Source: Octopus sinensis (taxonomy: Eukaryota). From it: 44,574 nucleotides of DNA. Within the stretch, counting starts at the first letter, position 1. Each line of letters begins with the position of its first letter. Below the pieces are notes generated by a model. The model was not told the DNA's origin, searched no databases, and was given only the letters and a program-made list of their open reading frames with translations. Shown piece by piece: positions 22,372-34,395 of this stretch. Location: positions 1 to 44,574 of the forward strand of contig NW_021834869.1 of the NCBI RefSeq assembly GCF_006345805.1, given 5' to 3'. Made by a program: the position numbers and the translations under genes.

Positions 22372-22805
22372 TCATATTGATATTATCGAAAGGAATATGG
22401 TTCATAATTTAAATAAGGAAATTTGTTAACATTGAATATATAAGAGTATAAAGAAGCGTAATATAGTGTAAACAACTAAAATAAAAGTATATCTAAATAA
22501 CATTTTTTCTTAATACTTTGTATGCAGTGGTCGAAGGAAGCTCTGGCTTTCGATAGGATTGGTCCACATAACCATTCATGATACAGGCTGGGAGCCTATT
22601 GCAATTCGAGTGTGAATCGTCATCACATGACACTTAGACGCAAGCACGTCATATAGCTGCAACAGAATGCTGTATCACCAACAATAATATGATTTCTCTA
22701 AGACATCATCCAGTAATCTATCAAGTCCATTCACACATTTCACAATACATACCGCTCTTATGACTTCCCTCCCTTATTTCATTTAACACGATTTTTTTTA
22801 TTGCA

Positions 22806-22954
22806 AAGCCGTGGCTGTGCTGTGAGAAGCTTGCTACTAATCACATGATTCAATCTTCTACTACAGAACCAGAACCTCATGAATGGATTTGGTTGACGGA
22901 AACTGAAAGAAGCTTGTATACACACACACACACACACACACACACAACACACAC

Positions 22955-22985
<31 letters not shown>

Positions 22986-23120
22986 AACATATATATATAT
23001 ATAATGTGTGTGTGTGTGTTTATCCTTCACCACTGCCTGACAACCGGTGTCAGTGTGTTTACGTTTCCGTAAGTATCCGAAAGAACAGGCCGCAGTCTGA
23101 TGACTGAGACAAGTCAAAGA
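22806..23120 (+). mobile_element. SINE family A, internally deleted and diverged
   Basis: gtggctgtgctgtgagaagcttgc head, gacggaaactgaaagaag core, partial tail. Confidence 0.75.
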
Positions 23121-23309
23121 GCCATGAATATCGCAAATAAAAGTACCCGTGATAATATGCAAACATACTGACCCTTAAACTGGTTATCTTGTGTACCTTT
23201 TATTGGTTTCACCTTAGCAGTATCCCTCGTTGTGAAAAAGTATGCTATTAAATATAACAAAATAAATGACTAAAACTAGATCTCGGGACGAAGTCAAATG
23301 GAACAGTTT

Positions 23310-24190
23310 TACTTCATCATCATCGTCATCATCATTATCAAAATCATAACCGCCATTATAACCACCGTCACCATCATCAGTATCATTATCGTTGTCACCA
23401 GAATCATTACAACGTCGTCATAGCTACCACAGTCATCGACGTCGCCGTCATCACCCAACAATTCCCACCATCACCACCATCGCCTTCACCACCACTACGT
23501 GGCATGCAGTCCATCATATAACTTGTTTTAGTCTTCTCTTCCCGGCTCCTACTCAAAACTGTTGACAGATCACAACCGTCTCACGAACTTGCGTTGGTCG
23601 TAAAGTAATACAGGCAGAGAATGATATAATTCGTCAAAACTTTTGCCAGTGATTACAGTGGTTAAAGTGTTACAGTCACGCAGAGTTCTGTGCCCTTGTT
23701 ATAATGAAAACAGACCAGACTATAGCTTCTTCTTGTTACTATGGAAATAAATACCAATGTGAGATTTACGATTGATTGTGTATAATCAATTTCGATTAAC
23801 TAAAATTACCCCAAATTCGCAAAAGCTGTTAACCTTTTTTTTTATTAATTTATAGCGTAAATGAATTTCATTCTCGTCATTAGCAAGCAAAACTAAATCG
23901 GTTTAACCAAATTTGAAGACAATTGGAACAAAATTGCAAAAAAGAAACCAAAAATAAATCGACAGTAACCGAAATGACACTCCAATATCACTCCACCCCA
24001 GCAAAAATTCTACAATCACCAATACGACCATGGCCATCGCTAATATGACCATCACGACCAATAACCTCTATTTATATCAATACACCAACCATTTTCACCG
24101 CTAACACGAACATCACCGCAAATACCACCACCACCACCACCACCACCACCACCACCACCACCACCGCCGCCGCCGCCACCGCCTGTTACC
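23310..24190. repeat. Two degenerate (CAT/CAC/ACC)n tracts (23310-23510, 24000-24190)
   Basis: Visible trinucleotide decay tracts. Confidence 0.75.
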
Positions 24191-24299
24191 ACAGACTGTT
24201 TTAGAACCGAGTGACATGTTTCAAACCTTATTGCATCATTGCATTAAGTGTTATTGCAGCATTTCTCCTCCCTCTCCCCCGCTCCCCTACAACCGCTCA

Positions 24300-24700
24300 C
24301 CATGTCTGTGTCTAAATCCGTTTGTCTATCTGTCTGTCACCGTGTCTCTCTGTCTGTGTCTCTGTCACTAAGTCTGTCTGCCCGCCTGCTTGTCCGTTTG
24401 TCTGTCTCTCACTCAGTATGTATGCATGTCTAATTGTCTATAGCCACTTTCGTCAACTAGTCTGTTTTTTCAACCCGTGTGTGTCCCATCTGCCTGCTTG
24501 CCTGTCTGTCAGTCTGCCTGCCTGCCTGCCTGTCTGTCTGTCTGTCTGTCTGTCTGCCTGCCTGTCTGCCTTGTCTGTCTGTCTGTCTCTCTCTCTCTCA
24601 CCCTGCCTATTTGAATCGCAACCTGCCTGTCTGTCTGTCTTACGTGTGTGATAGTTAGTCTCCCTCCCTGTTTGCATGTCTGCCTGATGGTCTGTATGAC
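24300..24700 (+). repeat. Degenerate (CTGT/CTGC)n tract
   Basis: Visible tetranucleotide repeats. Confidence 0.9.
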
Positions 24701-24889
24701 GATGATACAAGTTCGATACTCAGCTGAGTATCAGATAGGGATACTCTGCGAGATTTAGTCACGTGAACCATTATCATTATGCTGTGATCTCCGGTGTCGT
24801 GACGTCATGGTCACCGCTATCGCGAGCCTCTTCTCTTTACATCATCGTGAGTTCATAATCTTCACCACTATAGTGACGAAATAATCTCT

Positions 24890-24999
24890 CCCACGATCAT
24901 GACGTCTATCGGTTTCTTTTGCCGAACCGCTAAGTCACGGGGATGTAAACACACCAACACTGGTTATCAAACAATGATCACCCTCCTACCACACACACA

Positions 25000-25034
<35 letters not shown>

Positions 25035-25105
25035 GCACGCACACACACACGCACACTCACACACACACTCACACACACATGCACACACACACACACACAC
25101 ATATA

Positions 25106-25191
<86 letters not shown>

Positions 25192-25337
25192 TATATACGA
25201 CGGGCTTCTTTCAGTTTCCGTCTACCAAATCCATTCACAAGACTGTGGTCGGCCCGAGGCTATAGTAGAAGACACTTGTCCAGGTGGTCTACAGTGGGAC
25301 TGAACCCGGAACCATGTGGTTGGGAAGCAAGCTTCTT
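24890..25337 (-). mobile_element. SINE family A, 3'-truncated, with an expanded internal microsatellite
   Basis: Head and core intact; ~230 bp CA/TA/GA spacer. Confidence 0.88.
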
Positions 25338-25389
25338 ACCACACAGCCACGCATGCGCCAAACTACGTTGGTGTTACATGATCTATCAA

Positions 25390-25721
25390 CTGAATATCCG
25401 GCTTGTTATATTATCGCGTAACTGGTTCTCCGTCGGTTGCGACGACGGAAACAGCCTGCTCGTAAAATTAACATGCAAATGGCTGAGTACTCCATAGACA
25501 CGTGTGCCCTTAATGTAGTTCTCAGGGAGATTCAGCGTGACACAGAATGTAACAAGGCTGGCCCCTTTGAAATACAGGTACAACTCACTTTTGCTAGTTG
25601 AGTGGACTGAAGCAATGTGAAATAAAGTGTCTTGCTCAACGAAACAACGCGTCGCCAGGAATCGAACCTACGACCCTACGATCGTGAGTCAAATACTCTA
25701 ACACCTAAGCTACTCGTCTTC
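25390..25721 (-). mobile_element. tRNA-derived SINE, family D
   Basis: TAGCTTAGGTGTTAGAGT A-box-like, GGTTCGATTCC B box, then ttgagcaagacactttatttcacattgcttcagtccactca (V/Meta-domain-like). Confidence 0.8.
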
Positions 25722-26125
25722 GTATAAGTGGCTGAGTATTCGAAAGACATATACGCAGTTTTATTACAGCTTCCAGCGTAAGGCGAAAGCGAGGCAAGAC
25801 TGCACATATGAATTACTGATTATGACAGACCTGACGGGCTTCCACACAATCTCCATCGACTCAGTTTCTCCTACTGATTTTTGAAGACCCAATACTATAA
25901 TACGGACACTTGCGCAATATGCCGGGTAGTGGGATTGAACCAGAGGCCACATGATCACGAAGACAACGTCTTTAAGGTTTCAGCCATGCCTACTTCCACG
26001 CAGAAAATCTTTTGATGGCTTTTAAGAATGTGGGAAAATTTTCATTACTCACACACACACACTTATCTTTATACGCATGTTTGTATGCACATACACTCAC
26101 GCTCTCAAACACATATACATTGTTT

Positions 26126-26297
26126 GGAAAAGTGAATCTCGAAGGAGATAGAGCTATCGATAATAGTGTGTAAATATTGGGTTAAAAAATTCTTTGGATG
26201 GAAGAAGTCGAGGGCTGCCATGAGACACGAAAACCTTTTAACCCAATATTTTCACGCTATTATTTATAGCTTTAAACGCTTCGAGATTCACTGTTCC
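26126..26297. mobile_element. Short MITE-like inverted-repeat element
   Basis: ~60-bp imperfect TIRs (gtgaatctcgaag..aaatattgggttaaaa / ttttaacccaatattt..cttcgagattcac) around a ~45-bp core; no TSD established. Confidence 0.7.
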
Positions 26298-26332
26298 CGA
26301 AAGTATTTCATGGTTTCCCGAAGTTTGTAAAC

Positions 26333-26385
<53 letters not shown>

Positions 26386-26596
26386 GCATACACACACACA
26401 CAAAAGGTGTACGCCCCGTGTCAAATGTATCATATGAATTCAAATACTTTATGTGTGAAACGCCATAACGTCGCGTCTGAAATTTCACGGAGATTTTTCA
26501 AAAGAAAGAGATGACATTTTTAATATTAGCTTGTAATTTTGACAACGTAAATGGCGTGACGAAACACACAGACGCCTACGTAAGTAAATGCATATT

Positions 26597-26635
<39 letters not shown>

Positions 26636-26639
<4 letters not shown>

Positions 26640-26775
26640 GTGTGCAAGAAGTAGTTCCGAGTTCAGTCCCTCTGCGTGGCACCTTGGTCAAGTGTCTTCT
26701 ACTATAGCTTCGAACCGATCAAACCTTGTGAATGGATTTGGTAGACGGAAACTGAAAGAAGCTCGTCGTGCATAT
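26636..26775 (+). mobile_element. SINE family A head, fused to the Tc1 remnant
   Basis: Core gcaccttggtcaagtgtcttctactatagc; stops at the microsatellite junction. Confidence 0.85.
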
Positions 26776-26779
26776 GTAA

Positions 26780-27565
26780 GTGCCTGGAGCCCTTCTGACA
26801 AATTCTCGCTTATTAGAAAGCGAAACGACCCACGTTACACAACGCAAACAGTGAAGATTTGGGGTAAGAATCTGATGCTTTGGGGATACATAAAAAGTGA
26901 TGTTTCAAGAAAGTTGGTTAAAATTTACGGTAACTTGAATAGAGCCAAATACATCCAGTTGTTGAAGGACAATTTGATACTAGACTTGAATGAAGGTGAG
27001 ATTTTTCAGCATGACGGACCGCCATGCCACAGATCGCGTGCAACATAACAGAGTCTGGCTGATGAAGGTTTTACTGTATTGAAAGTTTGGCCAGCTCAGA
27101 GCCCTGACTTAAATATGATCGAGCAAATGTGGACAGAACTAAAGAGAAGAGTTCGTCAGAAGAATCCACACAATTTTAAAGAGTTGTGGGAGTCAACAAC
27201 AGAGAAAGACATCTCATACCTGTGAAGATAGTAAAGGACTTGTACGCATTTCTTCCCAAGTGCATTAAGGCAATTATTCAAGCAAAGGAAAGTCACACGA
27301 AATATTAACAATGTACAGTAACTTCTTGAAATGAACATTATGTGATAAATTTTCATTATAGACATTTTTCTGTTTTAAAACATTGTATCTTGATTAATTT
27401 ACGTGGGGTGGCCGAAAACTTTTGCACGGCTATATTTGGTGGTCGTTTCGTTCAGGGCCAATGTTTCATCTGTAAAAACGAAAATGCGAAACATCGATTT
27501 ATAAGTTGGCAATTAGTAGAAATTTACTATAGTTTAAAGTAGCCGAAGACTTCTGTGCGGTACTG
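26780..27565 (+). mobile_element. Tc1-like transposon, 3' half (D35E spacing, IR/DR-type right end)
   Basis: YTTQTVK..MLWG..QHDGPPCHRSRAT*QSLADEGFTVLKVWPAQSPDLNMIEQMWTELKRRV. Right end gaagacttctgtgcggtactg|TA at 27565, with an inner repeat ccgaaaacttttgcacgg at ~27412. Confidence 0.88.
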
Positions 27566-27569
27566 TATA

Positions 27570-27870
27570 TAGGCTGTGCCCCAGCATGGCAGCAACCAAT
27601 TTACTGAAACAACTAAAAGATAAAAGTCGTGTGTGTGTGTGTGTGTTTGTGAGTGTAGTTTCGTTGGTGTGTGTCTGTCACCCACAACTTGACAACCGAT
27701 GTTGGTATGTTTACATTCAAATAAATTTGCGGTTCGGCAAAAGAGTCCGATAGAATAAGTAGCAGGCTTTAAAAAAGATAAATATTGAGGTCAATTCGTT
27801 TGACTTAAATTCTTCAAAGCGGTACCCCAGCATGGGCGCAATCTAATGATTGAAACAAGTAAAGGATAGA
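27570..27870 (+). mobile_element. SINE family A tail fragments
   Basis: Two ccagcatgg..tgaaacaa tails and cggttcggcaaaagagtccgatagaataagta. Confidence 0.75.
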
Positions 27871-28214
27871 TAAACAAATCTGTGTGTAGGGGGGAATAAT
27901 GGATCGTTATTTGCACGGTGAGCAACGAATAAACATACAAGTCATCGTTTTGATTCTCGCTGTTCACCGTGAAAATAACGACACGGATAACAGCACGGAT
28001 CAGCAAACAGTTTGTTACATGACATCATAAACTAGGCCGTCGGCTCTTGTTAGGTTCGTTAGTCCGGATGTTTCCGCCTGACGTGACACAAAATCTCGAA
28101 ATACTGGTGTCGTTGAACCCCTTGTCTCCATGAAACGAGTGTGTAATGAATGACATAGTCGTCGTGAAGGACAACGTGTCCTTCTGCGACAAACACAACG
28201 GCAATTAGCATATT

Positions 28215-28640
28215 TTCATTTACTTGCTTCATTCAAAGGACTGCGGCCATGCTGGGGCATCGCCTTGAAGGGTTTTAGTCGAACAAATAAAGCCCAGTAG
28301 AGTTTTTTTAAATTTTAAAATAAAATACATATTCCAATTCTTCCCTTTTGCCGAATCACTATGTTGAAGGGACGTAAACAAACCAATAGGCCAATTCACC
28401 GATCATCATGTTGTGGGAAACTGACATAGAAGACTCCCCCACCATATGTGTGTGTGTGTGTCTGTGTGTTTACGACTGGTTTCTTTCAGTTTCTGTCTAC
28501 CAGATCCAGTCATAGCGCTTCTGTCGGTCAATGGCTATAGTAGAAACACTTGCCCAAGGTGCCACGCCGAGAGACTAAACTCAGAGCTTTGCGATCGGGA
28601 GGCAAACTTCTTTTTACCACACAGTCACGCCTGTGCCTAT
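28215..28640 (-). mobile_element. SINE family A, diverged
   Basis: Tail, core and head recognisable. Confidence 0.75.
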
Positions 28641-28886
28641 ATATGCATTTAAATACACGTACACCTATACATGCATGCACATACACCCTGTTGAGTCAAA
28701 GTACTTTCGGATGTTCCCTGATGAGTTTTGGAAACTTGTATCTTCACATCATTAATTTGATATAATTTGCCGTCCAATCGTTGCTAGATTGAATATGAAA
28801 ATAATGAATCAACAATGTATAAACAACAATGTTTTTTCTTTATTTTAATATATAATATACAAGAGTTGTATATTATATATTTCATA

Positions 28887-29057
28887 GGCGCAGGAATGGC
28901 TGTGGTAAGTAGCTTGCTTACCAACCACATGGTTCCGGGTACAGTCCCACTGCGTGGAACCTTGGGCAAGTGTCTTCTACTATAGATTCGGTCCGACCAA
29001 AGCCTTGTGAGTGGATTTGGTAGACGGAAACTGAAAGAAGCCCGTCGTGTATGTATA

Positions 29058-29093
<36 letters not shown>

Positions 29094-29324
29094 TGTATGT
29101 ATGTATGTATGTATGTATGTATGTGTATATGTTTGTGTTTGTCCCCTAACATCGCTTGACAACCGATGCTGGTGTGTTTACGTCCCCGTCACTTAGCAGT
29201 TCGGCAAAAGAGACCGATAGAATAAGTACTAGGCTTACAAAGAATAAGTCCTGGGGTCGATTTGTTCGATTAAAGGCAGTGCACCAGCATAGCCACAGTC
29301 AAATGACTGAAACAAGTAAAAGAG
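28887..29324 (+). mobile_element. SINE family A, full length (best reference copy)
   Basis: GGCGCAGGAATGGCTGTGGTAAG..GGTACAGTCCC head, CORE-like box, (TATG)n spacer, tail ending caagtaaaagag. Confidence 0.93.
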
Positions 29325-29329
29325 CATAT

Positions 29330-30433
29330 ATTAAAATTGCAGTTTTGATGAGTTGTGAAAAAATTGCAATTAGAGCCGTTTTAGGCTACCCCCAGAAAAA
29401 AAAGGTGGAGCTGAGTTCAAGGGGAACGGCTTAAAAAATTAAATGATGTGGGAACACCCAGGAACTCTCAACGAACGCATGGCATAAAACTGGCCCAGAC
29501 ATTTCAAAGAAGGTGACATCAGCTCAGATGACAAACCAAAATCAGGGAAACCTTCTGTTGTGAAAAATGAGGTTGACTAACAGACGAGTACAAGCACTCG
29601 TACATTGTCGATAGAACTTGATCATTCACAAAACACCGTCAGTCGAGACACCCATAAGCACGGTCTTGTGAACAGACGCGGTCAACAAGCTCTTAATGAA
29701 TTGACCAATGTCCAGGCGCAATGACATGTGAGTATTTGCAAGCAACTTCTTGTAAATCCTCGAGATGTTTATTTTTTGAGTCGAATTGTAGCTGTGGATA
29801 AAAAAATGGATGTATTTTCGTAATCCTAATAAGGGGAATCAGTGACTTCGTTCTGGCCTGGTTTCAGAACCTGTAGTCAAACAAGGGCACTTTGAACAGA
29901 AGGTCATGTGGATTTTGTGGAATTTCTATGGGTTGTTGCTTTCTGAGCTTGTCCCAGATGATCATGTGACCACTAACTTTTATGCTCAACAACTGCAACG
30001 ACTATGTGATGCTTTAAGAGCACGCTAGACAACACTGGTCAATCGAAGACCTAAAGCATTACAAATGCCCCAGCACACAGTGTCAATCTGATCAAGCGCA
30101 AACTTGAGGAACCTGAAGGGCTGGAAGTGCTGCCTCACCTTTCCTAAAGCTCAGACCTTGAAGAATAAAATTACCACTTTTTCCGAATCATGGCTCATTT
30201 CCTGCACAAATAGAAGCTCAACAATGTGAACGAGGTTGAAAGTGGGCGCAGGGAGTTTTCTTGCCTGTAAACCAGTCAAATACTGTAAGCATGGAATTGG
30301 ACTATTGGCACAACGATGGCAGCAGACAACAAAATATGATGGGATATATTTTGACGAAGAAACAATTCTCGTACGTCATTTGATTTATTAATTAAAGCTT
30401 GGAATACGAAAAAATTTTGATCCGGCGTGGTAT
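29330..30433 (+). mobile_element. Near full-length decayed mariner (DD34D-type) transposon
   Basis: MSCEKIAIRAVLGY at 29348; RIVAVDKKWMYFRN; KQGHFEQKVMWILWNFYG..FYAQQLQRL; NAPAHS; LEVLPHLS*SSDLEE*NYHFFRIMAHFL; GIGLLAQRWQQTTKYDGIYFDE. Many stops and frameshifts. Confidence 0.88.
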
Positions 30434-30699
30434 AAACATATTATAAATTCACACACAAACATATATATTGTCCTTAGTAGCAAACATAAGTCACTTCTTA
30501 GTCCCGCACAGCTACGCACGTATGCTGAATGAGATAATCTCATACACAGATGCATGTATACGTACTCATATATACACACGTGCAAACGCATTTTTATATA
30601 AAGTAATAACCAGCATTCGCCGGCTAAATATCCATAAATACATACATGTATACACACAAATATGCATTTATATCATGCACACCATATTCATAGAAACAC

Positions 30700-30719
30700 A
30701 CACACACACACACAAACAT

Positions 30720-30770
<51 letters not shown>

Positions 30771-31121
30771 CTCCTTTACAAAAGATCTGAAAGGTTTTTG
30801 TCAACTTTATTCCAAGTTACATGATACAGGAAGTACAACCTGTAACACACACGTCTATATTATACATACACACATGTATGTATGCATGCATACATCCATA
30901 CATCCATGCATACATCCATCCATACGTACATGCATGCATACATAGAAACATGCATACATGCATGCATACATACATACATACAGACACACATACATATACA
31001 CATGCATATGCAGATGTACAAATTCATAGATACTAAAGAAAATATATACATACACACACACTACATATATATATATATACAGTATATACACATATATAAA
31101 TACACAATATATAAATACACA

Positions 31122-31158
<37 letters not shown>

Positions 31159-31305
31159 ATATATATATACACTCATGCACATACGTACATACATAAACAT
31201 ATGTACATATACACATCATACAATACGTTATATATAGATTCACATTATATATACATATATACATTATATATATATATATATATGTATATATATGTATGTA
31301 TACAG
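30700..31305. repeat. Compound TA/CA/TGCA microsatellite tract
   Basis: Visible. Confidence 0.93.
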
Positions 31306-31384
31306 GAAGCAAATCTGCTATGTAAATAACCAAGTTAATTCTCACCAGTATTGAGTTTCCACATGAAGGGGGAGGATGTCTCAC

Positions 31385-31690
31385 ACACGCTCTCCCCTTC
31401 CTCCGCCCTCCTCTTGCATCTCTTTTCTCTCTCTATCTCCTCTCTCCCTCTCACACACTATATCTATTATCTTATCCCTTTCTCTTTATTCACTTCCTAA
31501 TATTTCTCTCCTGCCACTAATCTTTTCTCCCCCTCTCTCTATATTTATATATCTTATTTCTTATTTCGTTTGCCTCTCTCCGTTCCATTTCTTTTCATAC
31601 CACCCTCTCAGTCTGTCTGTCTGTCTCTCATTCTCACTCTCTCGCTCTCTCTTTCCCTCTCCTTATCTCTCTCTTCTTCACTTCATATCT
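31385..31690 (+). repeat. CT-rich polypyrimidine tract
   Basis: Degenerate (CT)n/(CTCT)n. Confidence 0.85.
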
Positions 31691-31920
31691 AGTGCTTTAA
31701 TGGTGCGTAGATCTAAAATCGAGTGTGAATTATGTTTATATTTACTTATATATGCATACGTATGTACATAGAAACACACACACACACACACGAGAAACAC
31801 ATACATACACACAAGCACCTATCCTTATTGTGTGTGTGTGTAATTTAAAATTCTACGTTTGCATTGTCAAGCATAAATATAAGTGTACAAGTGCGCACAC
31901 ACATGCACACACACACAGAC

Positions 31921-31951
<31 letters not shown>

Positions 31952-31954
31952 ACG

Positions 31955-32120
31955 GGCTCCCACACAGTTTCTGTCAATGAAATTCACTCTCAAGGCATTG
32001 GTCTGGTCCGGGGTTATAGTGGAAGACACTTGCCCAAGGTGCTACGCAATAGAACTGAACCCGAAACAACATCGTTGCAAAGCGAGCTTTATGAAACCCC
32101 ACAGCCCTGCCTGCGCCTAA
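31955..32120 (-). mobile_element. SINE family A head, diverged
   Basis: gaagacacttgcccaaggtgctacgc..ctgaacccgaaac. Confidence 0.8.
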
Positions 32121-32244
32121 ATAAGGGCATATTTAGGATGGCACAAATTTAACAATGGTAAGAGTTAAAGGCTGATCTTCAACTACGCATCAATGGTTAA
32201 ACACTGAACGATAAAATAATAAAAATACGAGAAAAACCACAAAA

Positions 32245-32945
32245 CTGGTCTTTGCGGATTTAATGAAAACAGACACAAACATCAATGTCACCAGGAAAAC
32301 AAAACAAGTGATATATGCAGCAGCTATAGACTTTAGAAAGGAAAGTGAATACCTCATTGGATATATTTATGTAAGGATACTGAAACTTAAGCAAATATAA
32401 TGGAAAAGAAAGATTGATATAAAGAAGATATAGAAGAGCTGTTTCAGTCCAATAACAAAAAGATTTGAAAAGCAAAGCGATAAATACAACAGAAATATGA
32501 CCAATCTTGTAGAAATCACTGCAAATTGAAGAACGCATTCAAGTCGCTAAATTGCAAAGAGATTCTTATTAAACTGCAGGAAATCTGTTGTCACAAAAGC
32601 GACAAAGGCTATATCTTTTACCTTTTTTCAATCATTGGACAGCGGCCATGCTGGGGTACAGTCTTGAAGAATTTTTAGTCGAATGAATCAACTCCAGTAC
32701 TTATTTTGTAAGCATTGTACTTATTCTACACACACAGCCACTCTTGCACCTATGACTCAAACCCAAGCTATTTGAAGAACTCTGTAGCTGTAACATAGAA
32801 ACCAATGCCGCTCTAGCAGAAAAGAAAATAGTAGAATTTGGATAAGGATTACGGACAGCGAAGCAGTGGCCACAAACGCAAAAGAATACAAGACAAAACG
32901 AAAGCAGCACTACAACAGAATTGGCTGAAGAAGCGTAATACAAAG
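32245..32945 (+). pseudogene. Probable R4/Dong-like non-LTR retrotransposon ORF remnant, interrupted by SINE pieces (32625-32755)
   Basis: TDTNINVTRKTKQVIYAAA..*WKRKIDIKKI.. and KPKLFEELC..NAALAEKKIVEFG*GL resemble the pre-RT region of R4/Dong elements (LIYAAA..WKRRI..LF..FW). Recalled similarity only; no RT motif seen. Confidence 0.45.
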
Positions 32946-32995
32946 TGAGGTATTGTGTATATTATATCACAGGGAAAGGGTTTAACAATAAATAA

Positions 32996-33380
32996 ATGGC
33001 TGTGTGTTAAGAAGCTTGCTTCCCAACCACATGGTCCCAGGTTCACTCCCACTGCGTGGCACCTAGGGCAAGTGTCTTCTACTAAAGCCTCAGGCCAACG
33101 GAAGCTTCGTGAGTGGATTTGGTAGACGGAAACTGAAAGAAGCCCGTCGTATATATTCTTTTACTCGTTTCAGCCATTTGACTGTGGCCATGTTGGAGCA
33201 CCGCCTTTAGTCCAACAAATCGACACCAGGTCTTATTCTTTGTAAGCTTGGTACTTATTTTATCGGTCACTTTTACCGAATCGCTAAAATACGGGCATGT
33301 AGACACACTAACATCGGTTGTCAAGGGATGATGGGGGGACAAACAAAGACACACACACACATATATATTATATATATATA

Positions 33381-33412
<32 letters not shown>

Positions 33413-33630
33413 GGCTGTGTGGTTAGGGAGCTTGCTTCCTAGCTACATGGTTTCGGGTTCAGTCCCACTGCGTGGCACTTTGGGTAGGTGTCTTCCGCTA
33501 TAGCCCCGAGCAGACCGAAATGGCGGTGCCCCAGCATGGCCACAGCTCAAGAGCTGAAACTGGAAAACATAAACATATATATACGAGAGGCGTCTTTCAG
33601 TTTTCGTCTACCAAATGCACTCACAAAGCT
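32996..33630. mobile_element. Cluster of family A SINE pieces in mixed orientation
   Basis: + head 32996-33153, - tail 33158-33355, + deleted copy 33412-33575, - piece 33580-33630. Confidence 0.85.
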
Positions 33631-33779
33631 AGAATCCTAAAAGCGTTTCTTTAGATCCGAGGAGACTTATTGCCAAGGTAATATAAAAATTATTTACTGT
33701 ATAAAGTAACGTTGTTGTTGTTATTTTAACAAGTACATAACAAGAACAACAACAATAATTATTTGCACAACAGGAACAA

Positions 33780-33995
33780 AGCCTAAAATTTGGGAGAGGG
33801 CCTAGTCGATTACATCGACCCCAGTGCCTAACTGGTACTTAATTTATCGACCCCGAAAGGATGAAATGCAAAGTCGACCTCAGAATTTGATCTCAGGACA
33901 TGAAAACGGAGGACGAAACGCCACCAAGCATTTCGGTGGAGGTGTTAAGACGATTACCTTAACCCCAGTGCTCAACTGGTACTTATTTTATCGTA

Positions 33996-34034
<39 letters not shown>

Positions 34035-34395
34035 AGTGGCAAACTGGCAGAATCGTTAGCACACTGGGAAAAATGCTTCGCGGCATTTCGTCTGTCTTTG
34101 CGTTGTGAGTTCAAATACCGCCGAGGTCGACTTTGTCTTTCATTCTTTCTGGACCGTTAAGTACCAGTAAAACACTGGAGTCGATGTAATCAACTAGACC
34201 CCTCCCCCAAAATGTCAGGCCTTGTGCCCATAGCGGAAATGATCATTATTATCATTACTTGAAACTTTGGCACACGGTCAACAGTTTTAAGGGGAGGGGT
34301 ATGGCTGGTTTACATCGACCTCAGTATTCAACTGGTACTAATGTTATCGACCTGGAAAGGATGACTGGCAAAGTGGACCCCAGCGGCATTTGAAA
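33780..34395. mobile_element. Cluster of family B SINEs (-, +, -)
   Basis: - copy ~33780-33950, + copy 34036-34245, - partial 34262-34395, all with the ggggtcgat/aagtaccag motifs. Confidence 0.82.

Noticed and set aside
22520-22760. Protein-like minus frame KCVNGLDRLLDDVLEK..
   Set aside because: Interrupted by stops; no family recognised.
28695-28750. Hammerhead CUGAUGA-GUUUUG-GAAAC-UU-GUA
   Set aside because: No stem II closing pair, and stem I cannot form next to the core; at best a dead remnant.
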